From assembly GCA_964202905.1 (NCBI GenBank), contig CAXNJO010000006.1:64001-128000 (forward strand): 64,000 bases of DNA, written 5' to 3'. Origin of the DNA: Polyangiales bacterium (GTDB lineage: Bacteria; Myxococcota_A; Polyangia; Polyangiales; JADJQN01). The position numbers were made by a program, and so were the translations under genes. The notes under the pieces were generated by a model. The model saw only the letters and a program-made list of their open reading frames with translations, was not told the origin of the DNA and searched no databases. Below, one piece after another: positions 1 to 8,904 of the stretch; the stretch's first letter is position 1, and every line of letters starts with the position of its first letter.

Positions 1-120
1 TGCGGCGTCGTCGTCGTCTCCGACCCCGAGCAGATGTCGATGCGCGTGCTGTCGCTCGTCGGCGCGGCGTTCCCCGAGGGCAGCGCGCCGCCCGCGGTCG
101 CGTTCCGCCGTCCGCGCTGA
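1..120 (+). CDS. 3' end of a gene entering the window (hypothetical protein)
   Basis: Frame 1 is open from base 1 (CGVVVVSDPEQMSMRVLSLVGAAFPEGSAPPAVAFRRPR) to TGA at 118-120, with typical GC3-rich codons. Confidence 0.6.
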   Translation, partial: CGVVVVSDPEQMSMRVLSLVGAAFPEGSAPPAVAFRRPR

Positions 121-247
121 GCGGCCGGAAGGCTTGCGCGACGGCGAGCGCGTCGCGCCCGCTGCGCGCGGTCGCGTTCGGCGGGGCGGGGGCTTCCCGC
201 GCTCGACGCGCCGCGCGGCGTCCCGGGCGCGACCGGTCGACGGTGCT

Positions 248-610
248 TCAGCGCCTGCGGCGTCGGAGGCGGCGCAGGCCGAGCGCGAGGAGGGCGGCGG
301 CGACCCAGCCGACGGTCGGCCGCGGACCCTGCGCGAGGCGGCAGCCGCAGCCCGCTTCGTTCGCGGGGGTGCTGCGTGCAGGCCGCCCGGCGTCGTCGCG
401 TGGCGTGCCGGCGTCGGGCAGGGCGTCGGTGATGCAGGCAGCGGCGCGGCGGGCCGAGCTTACCGCGGTCCCCTCGGCGCTGTGGCGTCCGTCGCTGCCG
501 GCGGGTTGCGCCGCGCGCGCATCGCGGCCCTCCGCGGGGGGGCGTGTCGTTCGGGCGCGGCCCGTTGCAGGAACATGCGCCTCGCGTCCGGTGCGTTCGG
601 CGCGAGGGGC
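248..610 (-). pseudogene. Start-less reading frame ending in a MYXO-CTERM-like sorting signal (gene remnant or readthrough extension)
   Basis: Manual translation gives ...ACITDALPDAGTPRDDAGRPARSTPANEAGCGCRLAQGPRPTVGWVAAALLALGLRRLRRRRR* (TGA at 250-248). There is no in-frame ATG/GTG/TTG. It is in the same frame as the 611-1087 gene, separated only by that gene's TGA. Confidence 0.55.
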
Positions 611-1087
611 TCAGCGCAGCGCGCCGAGCGTGCTCGGCAGCGGACGGAGCGCCCCGCGCACGGCCGCGTCGAGGGCCGCCCGCTCGAGCGTCACCGCGTC
701 GCTCCCGCGTGCGCCCGCGCGCCCCGAGAGCATCAGGCGGATCGAGCCGCCGCGCGCGTCGGCGACGATCAGCGAGACCTCGCAGCGCACCTGCACCTCG
801 CTCCCCACGGGGCTGCGGTCGAGCCGCGTGACCGACCCGCGCACCACGTAGCGGGCCTCGCGCGCCGAGGCGACGCGCAGCGAGGGGAGCCGCCCGAGCT
901 CGCGCACGAGCGCCTCGCGGAGCGCGCCCGCGGCCACCGGTGAGCTCGTCAGCGCGCCGGTCTCGCCCACCGCGACGATGGGCGCCAGGGTCCTCTCGGC
1001 GAGTACGGGCACGCCGGGCGCGCACATCTGCATCCACGCGACGGTGGCTGCGCAGAGCCACGTCGCGAGCGTTCGGGCTCGCTGCAT
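611..1087 (-). CDS. Secreted hypothetical protein (alpha/beta domain, possibly CsgG/LpoB-like)
   Basis: 158 aa ORF with a hydrophobic N-terminus and a GAGGT RBS upstream. The pattern 'YVVRGSVTRL...VRCEVSLIVAD' is typical of myxobacterial periplasmic domains. Confidence 0.7.
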   Translation of the reverse strand: MQRARTLATWLCAATVAWMQMCAPGVPVLAERTLAPIVAVGETGALTSSPVAAGALREALVRELGRLPSLRVASAREARYVVRGSVTRLDRSPVGSEVQVRCEVSLIVADARGGSIRLMLSGRAGARGSDAVTLERAALDAAVRGALRPLPSTLGALR

Positions 1088-1182
1088 CGGAGTACCTCGT
1101 CGGGGACCGCGTCGGACATCGACGGCAGTACGCCCACGGTCCCCCTATCAAGGTGCGGACGCCGCGGTCAAAATCCCGGCGC

Positions 1183-2355
1183 GTGACGGTCCGACTCCCA
1201 CTCCGGTTCGCGCTGCTCGTCCTCGCCGTCGCGGGGTGCGGTGTCGGCCCCTGCGCGCGCCGCGCGGCGTCGCCTGCGCGCGCCGCGGGCCCGTCGCACG
1301 CCACCGCGCCCGCGGTCGAGGTCGATGGGCGGGGCTGCGCGCGCGGTGTGCCCGCGCTCGCAGGCGACCTCGAGCGCGGCGTCTGCTTCGCGCACTCGTG
1401 GGAGGATGGCGGGGCGCGCGGCTACGGCACGCCGACCAGCGCGCGTGAGCTCGACGCGCTCGCGGCCCTCGGCGCCGATTGGATCAGCGTCACGCCCTTC
1501 GGCTTCGTCGACTCGCTCCGCGCGACGGAGGTGCGCCTGCCGCACGGGATCCCGGGCGCCGAGTCGGACGAGCGCGTGCGCGCCGAGATCGCCGCGGCGC
1601 GCGCGCGGGGGCTGCGCGTGATGTTGAAGCCGCACCTCTGGGTGCACGGCGGCGCGTGGGTGGACGGCATCGATCCGGGCAGCGAGGAGGGCTGGGCGCG
1701 CTGGCGCGCGTCGTACGCCGACTTCCTGCTGCACCACGCCGCGCTCGCGGAGGAGACGGGCGCCGAGACGCTGGCCGTCGGCGTGGAGCTCGGCTCGACG
1801 CTGCGGCACGAGGCGTGGTGGCGCGAGACGATCGCGCGCGTGCGGCGCGTGTACCGCGGTCGGCTCGTCTACTGCGCGGGCTGGGATCGTGCGGGGGATG
1901 TGCCGTTCTGGGATGCGCTCGACGCCATCGGCGCTCAGTTCTACGCCTCGCTCGCCGCGCGCCGCGACGACGACGACGAGGTCGCGATGCGCGCCCGCCT
2001 CGACGCCGAGCTCGACGCGCTCGGCCGGCTCAGCGCGCGGGTGGCGCGGCCCGTCCTCTTCACGGAGGTCGGCTACAAGTCGATCCGCGGCGCGGCGCAT
2101 CGCCCGCACGAGTGGCCCGAGGCGCTCGCGGGCGCGGCGGTCGTGCCCGACGTCGCCTCGCAGGCGCGCGCGTACCGCCGCTTCTTCGCGGCGCTCGCGG
2201 GGCGTCCGTGGGTGCGCGGCGTGTACGTGTGGAAGTGGTTCACCGACCCGCAGACGCGCGAGGAGGGGCCCATCGGCTTCTCCCCGCGCGGCAAGCCCGC
2301 CGAGGCCGTCCTGCGCGCGGCCTACGGGGGCGCCGCGTGTGCCCCGGCGCGCTGA
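1183..2355 (+). CDS. Glycoside hydrolase family 113-like (TIM barrel; beta-mannanase-like) lipoprotein
   Basis: Motifs ISVTPFGF, MLKPHLW, AVGVEL (acid/base Glu), FTEVGYKS (nucleophile Glu), YVWKW and FSPRGKPAE. Lipobox VAGC follows the GTG at 1183; the track start at 940 is probably too far upstream. Confidence 0.8.
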   Translation: MTVRLPLRFALLVLAVAGCGVGPCARRAASPARAAGPSHATAPAVEVDGRGCARGVPALAGDLERGVCFAHSWEDGGARGYGTPTSARELDALAALGADWISVTPFGFVDSLRATEVRLPHGIPGAESDERVRAEIAAARARGLRVMLKPHLWVHGGAWVDGIDPGSEEGWARWRASYADFLLHHAALAEETGAETLAVGVELGSTLRHEAWWRETIARVRRVYRGRLVYCAGWDRAGDVPFWDALDAIGAQFYASLAARRDDDDEVAMRARLDAELDALGRLSARVARPVLFTEVGYKSIRGAAHRPHEWPEALAGAAVVPDVASQARAYRRFFAALAGRPWVRGVYVWKWFTDPQTREEGPIGFSPRGKPAEAVLRAAYGGAACAPAR

Positions 2356-2380
2356 CCCCGGCGCGCTGACCCCGGCGCGC
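2342..2380. repeat. 14-bp tandem repeat (ccccggcgcgctga x2 plus a partial third) duplicating the GH113 stop codon
   Basis: Copies at 2342-2355, 2356-2369 and a partial at 2370-2380. Confidence 0.85.
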
Positions 2381-2397
2381 GCTCGGCGGGATACGAC

Positions 2398-3498
2398 TCA
2401 AGGCGCTTCGAGCGCCTCCGCCGTGCAGCCCGCGGGCGCCGTGATCGGGTTGCAGCGCGCGGGCGTCCCACCCGGGATCTCCGCGAAGAACGGCGTCTCC
2501 GGCACCGGCGCGGGGAAGTCCGTGCTGACGATCTGCGCGCCGCTCGCGAGCGCCTCGTCGAAGGCGGCGCGCTCCCCGGCGAGCGCGCTCGCGATGCCGT
2601 CCTGCCCGAAGACGCGCACGAGGAAGCCCGCCGCGAGCGCCGCCGCGATGCGCTCGCGCGCGGAGCCATCGTTGATGATGGCGTAGGCGCCGAAGGCGTC
2701 GCCCGGCTCGGAGTCGACGAAGAAGAGCCGCCCCTCGAGGCCGGTGCCGCCGCGCGTGTACGCGTCGCGCAGCGCGCCCGAGTCGTCGACCGCGAAGAGG
2801 ACGTGGCCGCGCGTCGCGCCGAGCGTCGGCCAGCCCGTGTCGGCGAGCGCCTCGGGCAGGCTCGCGTGCGCGCCGCGCACACGGTCCGGCGTGACGATCA
2901 GCTCTTCCGGCCACACGGCGCGCACCTCGTCCTCGAGCGCGCGCAGGCGGGTCTCGCGCGCGTCGGCCGGCACGAGGTCCTTGTCCTCGAGGTGGATCAC
3001 GATCGGCAGATGGTCGGGGTGTGCGTCGGACCAGCGGCGCACGATGGCGAGACACTCGACGAAGAGGTCGCAGCTGCTGCGCGCGTCCACGCGCGTGAGG
3101 TGAAAGACGCGGTGCGCGCCGAGCACGGCGTCCCAGTGCACGTCGAGCTCGAGCCCGCGCACGCCCTGTTCCTCGAGCTGCACGTCGAGCGGCGCGTGCT
3201 CGTATTGCCAGTCGACGAGCGTGCTCTCGGGACGCAGGTGATAGCTGTTGTGCGTCGCCTCGAGCTGCGCGTGGAAGAGCGAGAGCGTGTCGTCGAGCGG
3301 GTAGGCGAACGACGCGTCGGGGCGCGCGCCGAAGCCGCCGTCGAAGCGGAAGGGCCCCGCATCGCGCGCTGCGGCGTCGGGCGGTGCGGCGTCGGGCGGT
3401 GCGGCGTCCGGCGCCGCGGGGGCGTCGTCGCCGCACGCCGCGGGGAGGAGCGCGAGCGCGAACGCGGCGGCCCGCGCGAGGCGCGAAACACGTGACAT
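2398..3498 (-). CDS. Ca2+-dependent phosphoinositide-specific phospholipase C-like (PLC/GDPD TIM barrel) lipoprotein
   Basis: Motifs ATHNSYH, GVRGLELDVH, HLEDKD and GAQIVSTDFP. Lipobox PAAC is followed by a PDAAP repeat linker; ATG at 3498. Confidence 0.8.
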   Translation of the reverse strand: MSRVSRLARAAAFALALLPAACGDDAPAAPDAAPPDAAPPDAAARDAGPFRFDGGFGARPDASFAYPLDDTLSLFHAQLEATHNSYHLRPESTLVDWQYEHAPLDVQLEEQGVRGLELDVHWDAVLGAHRVFHLTRVDARSSCDLFVECLAIVRRWSDAHPDHLPIVIHLEDKDLVPADARETRLRALEDEVRAVWPEELIVTPDRVRGAHASLPEALADTGWPTLGATRGHVLFAVDDSGALRDAYTRGGTGLEGRLFFVDSEPGDAFGAYAIINDGSARERIAAALAAGFLVRVFGQDGIASALAGERAAFDEALASGAQIVSTDFPAPVPETPFFAEIPGGTPARCNPITAPAGCTAEALEAP

Positions 3499-3631
3499 TT
3501 CGAGAAGATACGGCCTCTCGTCCCGGGAGCGACACACAAAAGTCACCGCGGGGCGCGCGCTCGTCGCGGGCGTCGCGCGCGTGTCCTTCGGCGACGGGGC
3601 GGCGGCGCTGCGCTGCTACGCTGCGCCCGCC

Positions 3632-4834
3632 ATGACGACCCCGCTCGCCCCGTCCGCGCTGCGCGCGCACTACACGCACTTTCTTCCCGCGGAGGGCCCG
3701 CTCGCGCGGCGCGTCCTGCTCACCGGGCACTCGCACCAAGCATGGCCCGACGTCGCGCGGGCGGCGCAACTCGAGGCGTTCGACGACGCCGCCGCGCACG
3801 TCGACGACAAGTGGGAGCGCGCCTTTGCGGCCGCCGACGCCGTGCGGCTCGCGGTCGCGCAGCACCTCGGCGCGCCCGCGACGCGCGCGGCCGACGTCGC
3901 GCTCGCGTCGAACACCCACGAGCTCGTCGCGCGCGTGCTCTCGGCGTGCGACCTCGGCGCGCGGCGGCACGTGCTCTCGACGCGCGGCGAGTTCCACACC
4001 GTCTTCCGGCAGCTCACCCGGCTCGCGGAGGCAGGGCTCGAGATCGAGCTCGTCGACCCGCTGCCGGCCGCGACGCTCGCCGAGCGCCTCGCCGCGCGCG
4101 TGCGCCCCGACACCGCCGCGGTGCTCGTCTCCTCCGTGCTCTTCGAGACCGCGAGCGTCGTCCCGCATCTCGAGGCCGTGAACGCGGCGGCCGAGCGCCA
4201 CGGCGCGCTCGTCGTGCTCGACACGTACCACCACGCGGGCGTGCGCGCGTTCGATGCGGCGCTGCTCGGGCCGCGCACCTTCGTCGTCGGGGGCGGCTAC
4301 AAATACCTGCAGTGGGGCGAGGGCTGCTGCTTCCTGCTCGTGCCGCCCGCGTGCGCGCTGCGCCCCGTCTACACGGGATGGTTCGCGGACTTCGCGCACC
4401 TCGCGGCGCCGCGCGACGGGCGCCCCGTCGGCTACGGCGAGCGCGGCGCGGAGCGCTTCGCCGGCAGCACCTACGACCCGACGAGCCACTACCGGGCACG
4501 CGCGGTCGCCGGGCTCTTCGCGTCGGTGGGCCTCACGCCCGCGGCGCTCCACGCCTCGTATGCGCGCCAGGTCGCGCGCCTCGCCGCGGCGGTCGACGCA
4601 CAGTCCACGCGTGCGGGGTTCGCGCGCGTCTCGCCCGACGACGCCGGGGCGCGCGGTGGCTTCGTCGCGGTGCGCGTCGTGGACGCCGCCCGCACCGTCG
4701 CCGGGCTGCGCGCGCGCGGCGTCTTCGTGGACGCGCGCGGCGACGTCGTGCGCCTCGGTCCGGCGCCCTATCTCCTCGACGCCGAGCTCGACGCGGGCGT
4801 CGCGGCGCTCGCCGAGGTCGTCGCCGCCGGCTGA
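3632..4834 (+). CDS. kynU: Kynureninase-like PLP-dependent class V aminotransferase-fold enzyme
   Basis: Motifs LTGHSHQAWP, GEFHT, LDTYHHAG, GGGYKYLQWGEG (PLP Lys), GWF and FAGSTYDP. Confidence 0.75.
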   Translation: MTTPLAPSALRAHYTHFLPAEGPLARRVLLTGHSHQAWPDVARAAQLEAFDDAAAHVDDKWERAFAAADAVRLAVAQHLGAPATRAADVALASNTHELVARVLSACDLGARRHVLSTRGEFHTVFRQLTRLAEAGLEIELVDPLPAATLAERLAARVRPDTAAVLVSSVLFETASVVPHLEAVNAAAERHGALVVLDTYHHAGVRAFDAALLGPRTFVVGGGYKYLQWGEGCCFLLVPPACALRPVYTGWFADFAHLAAPRDGRPVGYGERGAERFAGSTYDPTSHYRARAVAGLFASVGLTPAALHASYARQVARLAAAVDAQSTRAGFARVSPDDAGARGGFVAVRVVDAARTVAGLRARGVFVDARGDVVRLGPAPYLLDAELDAGVAALAEVVAAG

Positions 4835-4893
4835 CCAGACGCGGCGTGCGCCGGGCGCTGCCGGGCGCCGTCGCGACCGCTGCCCGACCGCGC

Positions 4894-4951
4894 GCGCCCC
4901 TGCGATCCGCGCCCGCCACCCGCGCCCGCGACCCACGCCTGCAACCCGCGC
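4894..4951. repeat. Degenerate 13-bp tandem repeat upstream of dprA
   Basis: Units ccgcgcccgccac, ccgcgcccgcgac and ccacgcctgcaac at 4907, 4920 and 4933, with partial flanking copies. Confidence 0.6.
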
Positions 4952-4973
4952 GGCGGTGCCGTGATAACGCGCC

Positions 4974-5867
4974 ATGCCGCGCACCACCCTGCTGCCCCTC
5001 GACGTCGCCTACCCCGCCCCGCTCCGCGCCCTGCCGCGCCCTCCCGCGTCGCTCCGCGTCGAGGGCACGATCCCGCCCCTCGATCGCGCGGTCGCGCTCG
5101 TCGGCACCCGTCACGCCGACGACGACGCGCTCGACTTCACGCACGCCCTCGCGCGCGAGCTCGCGCGGGCCGGGGTCGTCGTCGTATCCGGCGGCGCCCG
5201 CGGCGTCGACGCGGCCGCGCACCTCGGCGCGCTCGAGGGCGGCGGCGCGACCCTCGTCGTCGCGGCCGGGGGCCTCGACCGTCCGTACCCGCCCGAGCAC
5301 GCCACGCTCTTCGCGCGCGTCGTCGCCGAGGGCGGCGCGCTGCTCACCGAGGCCGCGGACGACACGCCGCCGCTCGCCGCGCGCTTCCTCCAGCGGAACC
5401 GGATCGTGGCCGCGCTCTCCTGCGCGGTGGTGGTCGTGCAGGCCCCCGCGCGCTCCGGCGCGCTCGGCACCGCGGCCGCCGCGCGGCGCCTCGGACGGCC
5501 CCTCCTCGCCGTCCCGGGGGCGCCCTGGGACCCGCGCGCGGCGGGCTGCCTCGCCCTGATCCGCGGCGGGGCCGCCGTTTGCATCTCCGCCCGGGATCTC
5601 CTATCCCTCGCGGCGTTCGGGGGTGGACCGGCCTGCCCGGCCACCCGCGAGCACGACGAAAAACGCTTGAACTTCCTTGACTTCGACACCGACTCCCGCG
5701 CGGTGCTCGCCCAACTCGGGCGCCGCGCACGTCATGTGGACGAGGTCGCCCGGGGGGCCACCCTACCGGTCTCCCGGGCCCAGGCGGTCCTGCTCCGGCT
5801 CCTGCTCCGCGGGGTCGTCGAGGACCGCGGAGCCGGGCGCTACGTCCTCGCCGCTCCGCCCGCCTGA
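4974..5867 (+). CDS. dprA: DNA-processing protein DprA/Smf
   Basis: Motifs VALVGTR, VVSGGARGVDAAAH, RFLQRNRIVAAL, ARSGALGTA and AVPG, plus a C-terminal winged helix. Lies upstream of topA as usual. Confidence 0.95.
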   Translation: MPRTTLLPLDVAYPAPLRALPRPPASLRVEGTIPPLDRAVALVGTRHADDDALDFTHALARELARAGVVVVSGGARGVDAAAHLGALEGGGATLVVAAGGLDRPYPPEHATLFARVVAEGGALLTEAADDTPPLAARFLQRNRIVAALSCAVVVVQAPARSGALGTAAAARRLGRPLLAVPGAPWDPRAAGCLALIRGGAAVCISARDLLSLAAFGGGPACPATREHDEKRLNFLDFDTDSRAVLAQLGRRARHVDEVARGATLPVSRAQAVLLRLLLRGVVEDRGAGRYVLAAPPA

Positions 5868-5914
5868 ACAGCCGTCCAAGTCGTCCGCCCCGCGGCCCAC
5901 CGAAAGAACCGCCC

Positions 5915-8878
5915 ATGGCCAAGTCGCTCGTCATCGTGGAGTCGCCCGCCAAGGCGAAGACCATCCAGAAGTACCTCGGCGACGACTACGTGGTGGAGTC
6001 GAGCATCGGCCACATCCGCGACCTCCCGAAGAACGCCGGCGAGGTGCCCGAGCGCCTCAAGAAGCTCGCGTGGGCGCGCCTCGGGATCGACGTCGACCAC
6101 GACTTCGAGCCGGTCTACGTGGTGCCCGCCGAGAAGCGCAGCCAGGTCGCCAAGCTCCGCGCGCTCATGAAGGGCGTCGACCAGATCCTGCTCGCGACCG
6201 ACGAAGACCGCGAAGGAGAGGCCATCGCCTGGCACCTCGCGGACGAGCTGAAGCCGCGCGTGCCGGTCAAGCGGATGGTCTTCCACGAGATCACGAAGTC
6301 CGCGATCGAGGCCGCCATCGCGAAGCCGCGCGACATCGACGACAACCTCGTGCAGGCGCAGGAGGCGCGGCGCGCGCTCGACCGCCTGTACGGCTACGAG
6401 GTCTCGCCCGTCCTCTGGAAGAAGGTCAAGCCGCAGCTCTCCGCGGGGCGCGTGCAGTCGGTCGCGTCGCGGCTCCTCGTCGAGCGCGAGCGCGAGCGCA
6501 TGCGCTTCGTCGCCGCGGGCTGGTGGGACGTCGACGCGACCGTCGCGGCGACGCAGGGCGGGCGCGAGGAGCGCTTCACCGCGGGGCTCGTCGAGCTCGC
6601 GGGCCAGCGCCTCGCGACGGGCAAGGACTTCGACGCGACGACGGGCAAGCTCAAGGCGGAGGCGAAGGTCGCGCGGCTCGACGAGGCCGCGGCCCGCGCG
6701 CTCGTCCGTGCGCTCGAGGGGCGCGCCTTCCGCGTCGCGAGCACCGAGGAGAAGCCGTACACGCTGCGTCCCTACGCCCCGTTCATGACCTCGACGCTGC
6801 AGCAGGAGGCGAACCGCAAGCTCGGCTTCTCCGCGAAGCGCGCGATGAGCACGGCGCAGCGGCTCTACGAGGCCGGCTTCATCACGTACATGCGCACGGA
6901 CTCCACCAACCTCTCGGCGGAGGCGCTCAGCGCCGCGCGCGCGCAGGTGAAGTCCCTCTACGGCGACGCCTACCTCCACCCGACGCCGCGCACCTACGAC
7001 AAGAAGGTCAAGAACGCGCAGGAGGCCCACGAGGCCATCCGCCCCGCGGGCTCGGCCTTCCGCACGCCCGAGTCGCTGCGCGGCGAGCTCGAGGACGACC
7101 AGTACCGCCTCTACGATCTCATCTGGAAGCGCACCGTCGCGTCGCAGATGTCCGACGCGCGCGGCCGCCGCATGCAGGTGCGCGTCGCGGCGACGGCCAC
7201 CGACGGGCGCGAGGCGGTCTTCGCGGCCAGCGGGAAGACCATCGATTTCGCGGGTTTCCTGCGCGCCTACGTCGAGGGCACGGACGACCCGGAGGCCGCG
7301 CTCGAGGATCGCGAGGTCGTGCTGCCCGCGCTCGCCGAGGGCCAGCCGCTCGCGGCCAGCCACCTCGAGCCGAAGGGCCACGAGACGCAGCCGCCCGCGC
7401 GCTTCACCGAGGCGAGCCTCGTGCAGGCGCTCGAGGCCGCGGGCATCGGACGCCCGTCGACGTACGCCTCGATCATGCAGACCATCCAGGACCGCGGCTA
7501 CGTGTTCAAGCGCGGGCAGGCGCTCGTGCCGACGCTCACGGCCTTCGCGACGGTGGGGCTGCTCGAGACGCACTTCGCGAAGCTCGTCGACTACAGCTTC
7601 ACCGCGAAGATGGAGTCGGAGCTCGACGAGATCGCGAACGGCAACGCGCAGCGCATCCCCTACCTCGCGCACTTCTACTTCGGCGGCACGTCGGCCCCCG
7701 GCGGCGGAGCGCCCACGGAGACCAACCTCGGCCTGAAGGCGCTCATCGGCGAGCGCCTCGAGTCGATCGACCCGCGCGTCGTCGCGACCATCCCGGTGCC
7801 GCGCCTCGAGGGGCACGACATCGAGGTGCGCGTCGGCCGCTACGGGCCCTTCCTCAAGCGCGGCGAGCAGTCGGTCACCATCCCCGAGGACATCGCCCCC
7901 GACGAGCTCACGCTCGCGCGCGTCGAAGAGCTGCTCTCGAAGCAGTCGTCGGAGCGTCTGCTCGGCACGGACCTGGCGACGGGCCTGCCCGTGCACGCGA
8001 AGGACGGGCGCTACGGGCCGTACGTGACGCTCGGCGATCCGGCGTCGGCGGACCGCGCCTCGCTCAAGTACGCGTCGCTCTTCCCGACGGACAGCCTCGC
8101 GACCATCGACCTCGCGCGCGCCCTCAAGCTGCTCTCGCTGCCCCGCGTGGTCGGGCTCCTCGAGGGCGAGGAGGTCATCGCGCAGAACGGCCGCTACGGC
8201 CCCTTCATCAAGAAGGGCAACGACACGCGCAGCCTCACCTCGCACGAGCAGCTCTTCACCGTGACGCCCACGGAGGCCGAGGCGATCTTCGCGCAGCCCA
8301 AGCAGCGCCGCGGGCAGGTGGTCGCGGCGCCGCTGCGTTCGTTCGAGTACGAGGGCCGCGCGCCCATCGTCCTCAAGCAGGGCCGCTTCGCGCCCTACCT
8401 CAGCGACGGTGAGCTGAACGCGTCGCTCCGCGGCAGCGACGGGCCGCCCGAGCAGCTGAGCGCCGAGCGCGCGCTCGAGATCCTCGCCGAGCGCGGCAAG
8501 CCGCCCAAGGCGAAGCCGGGGCGCCCGGTGCGCAGCGGCGCGGCGAAGCCGAAGGCCGCGGCGTCCGCGGCGAAGAAGCCCGCGAAGGCCGCCGCGAAGA
8601 AGCCCGCGAAATCGGGCGCGAAGAAGCCCGCGAAGGCGGGCGCGAAGGCGGCGGGCGAGGCGCCGGCGGCGCGGCCGCCCTGGGCCGAGGTCGAGCCGTT
8701 CACGCGGCAGTTCGACGACGTCACCGCGAAGCTCCTGACGCTCGTCAACGGGGAGGGCCGCAAGCTCGCCGAGGCCGCGCAGGTGCTCGGCATCCCGGCC
8801 GCGGACGCGCTCGCGCGCTACCGCGCGTCGAACTTCAAGCTCTACGCGACTTACCGCAAGGCCCGGAAGGGCGCCTGA
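5915..8878 (+). CDS. topA: DNA topoisomerase I (type IA) with Topo_C repeats, a Lys/Ala-rich tail and an extra C-terminal helical domain
   Basis: Motifs [39 protein letters not shown] (catalytic Tyr), QEAHEAIRP and GIGRPSTYA. Four GRY/FG/AP repeats and no zinc ribbons. Confidence 0.97.
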   Translation: MAKSLVIVESPAKAKTIQKYLGDDYVVESSIGHIRDLPKNAGEVPERLKKLAWARLGIDVDHDFEPVYVVPAEKRSQVAKLRALMKGVDQILLATDEDREGEAIAWHLADELKPRVPVKRMVFHEITKSAIEAAIAKPRDIDDNLVQAQEARRALDRLYGYEVSPVLWKKVKPQLSAGRVQSVASRLLVERERERMRFVAAGWWDVDATVAATQGGREERFTAGLVELAGQRLATGKDFDATTGKLKAEAKVARLDEAAARALVRALEGRAFRVASTEEKPYTLRPYAPFMTSTLQQEANRKLGFSAKRAMSTAQRLYEAGFITYMRTDSTNLSAEALSAARAQVKSLYGDAYLHPTPRTYDKKVKNAQEAHEAIRPAGSAFRTPESLRGELEDDQYRLYDLIWKRTVASQMSDARGRRMQVRVAATATDGREAVFAASGKTIDFAGFLRAYVEGTDDPEAALEDREVVLPALAEGQPLAASHLEPKGHETQPPARFTEASLVQALEAAGIGRPSTYASIMQTIQDRGYVFKRGQALVPTLTAFATVGLLETHFAKLVDYSFTAKMESELDEIANGNAQRIPYLAHFYFGGTSAPGGGAPTETNLGLKALIGERLESIDPRVVATIPVPRLEGHDIEVRVGRYGPFLKRGEQSVTIPEDIAPDELTLARVEELLSKQSSERLLGTDLATGLPVHAKDGRYGPYVTLGDPASADRASLKYASLFPTDSLATIDLARALKLLSLPRVVGLLEGEEVIAQNGRYGPFIKKGNDTRSLTSHEQLFTVTPTEAEAIFAQPKQRRGQVVAAPLRSFEYEGRAPIVLKQGRFAPYLSDGELNASLRGSDGPPEQLSAERALEILAERGKPPKAKPGRPVRSGAAKPKAAASAAKKPAKAAAKKPAKSGAKKPAKAGAKAAGEAPAARPPWAEVEPFTRQFDDVTAKLLTLVNGEGRKLAEAAQVLGIPAADALARYRASNFKLYATYRKARKGA

Positions 8879-8904
8879 TCCGCGCGCGCGCTACACCCGC
8901 CCCC

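Noticed and set aside
570..613. UGA plus hairpin as a selenocysteine codon with a SECIS element
   Set aside because: The UGA is not in a redox or Cys-homologous context and the hairpin does not clearly match bacterial SECIS geometry. Kept only as a generic readthrough or remnant hypothesis.
1102..1145. ggggaccg...cggtcccc inverted repeat in a divergent promoter region as a riboswitch or ncRNA
   Set aside because: A single GC-rich stem with no recognisable aptamer motifs is not enough evidence.
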